A stretch of 64,000 nucleotides of DNA from Azolla caroliniana. Lineage: Eukaryota; Plantae; Polypodiophyta. Below the pieces are notes generated by a model, which saw nothing but the letters and a program-made list of their open reading frames with translations, was not told the DNA's origin and did no database searches. Location of the stretch: contig JBHGNT010000020.1 of the NCBI GenBank assembly GCA_043228905.1, positions 14,632,001-14,696,000 of the forward strand. The letters run 5' to 3'. Each line of letters starts with the position of its first letter. Positions within the stretch are counted from its first letter, which is position 1. This document shows, piece by piece, positions 63,852-64,000 of this stretch. The position numbers and the translations under genes were made by a program.

Positions 63852-64000
63852 CATGGCACGCCCGTGGGGCAGTACCTTGTATGTCGAATCCCACTATCCG
63901 GCCCTTAGGCTTTGTCCAAGATGTCCAGAATACTCTGCTCCAGGGTATCCAATGGTTGTTCAGAATTCGGTTGTTGTTGTTGTTGTTGTTGTTGCTGCTG

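Overview
This is eukaryotic land-plant DNA, most likely from a fern, lycophyte or bryophyte (inferred from the Tcn1-like and Sola-like elements). It is almost entirely nested transposable elements, and I found no recognisable host gene. An old Tcn1-like Ty3/gypsy element (about 5110-6164 plus 58715-62085) has its gag split by about 52.5 kb of insertions. These are a rearranged Ty1/copia element (6165-11911) and an Athila/Tat-like gypsy element 'B1' (11927-58709). B1 in turn contains a truncated copia, an 11-kb TIR DNA transposon, a copia solo LTR, a young intact chromovirus (31863-38974) and a sister element 'B2' (41593-58191). B2 carries a 7.3-kb TIR element with an 8-bp TSD. The most striking item is the 11-kb Sola-like DNA transposon (19181-30244; 36-bp TIRs, 4-bp TSD). 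It encodes a DDD transposase and a divergently transcribed, intron-containing gene that fuses a ParB/Srx-like domain to a bacterial-type beta-class N4C/N6A DNA methyltransferase. An array of about 15 palindromes with ~51-bp period lies between the two genes. Second, the B-type gypsy elements and a third LTR family have an inverted tRNA-type primer-binding sequence (TGGCACGC...) where the polypurine tract should be. All calls were made by eye from motifs; no database searches were run.
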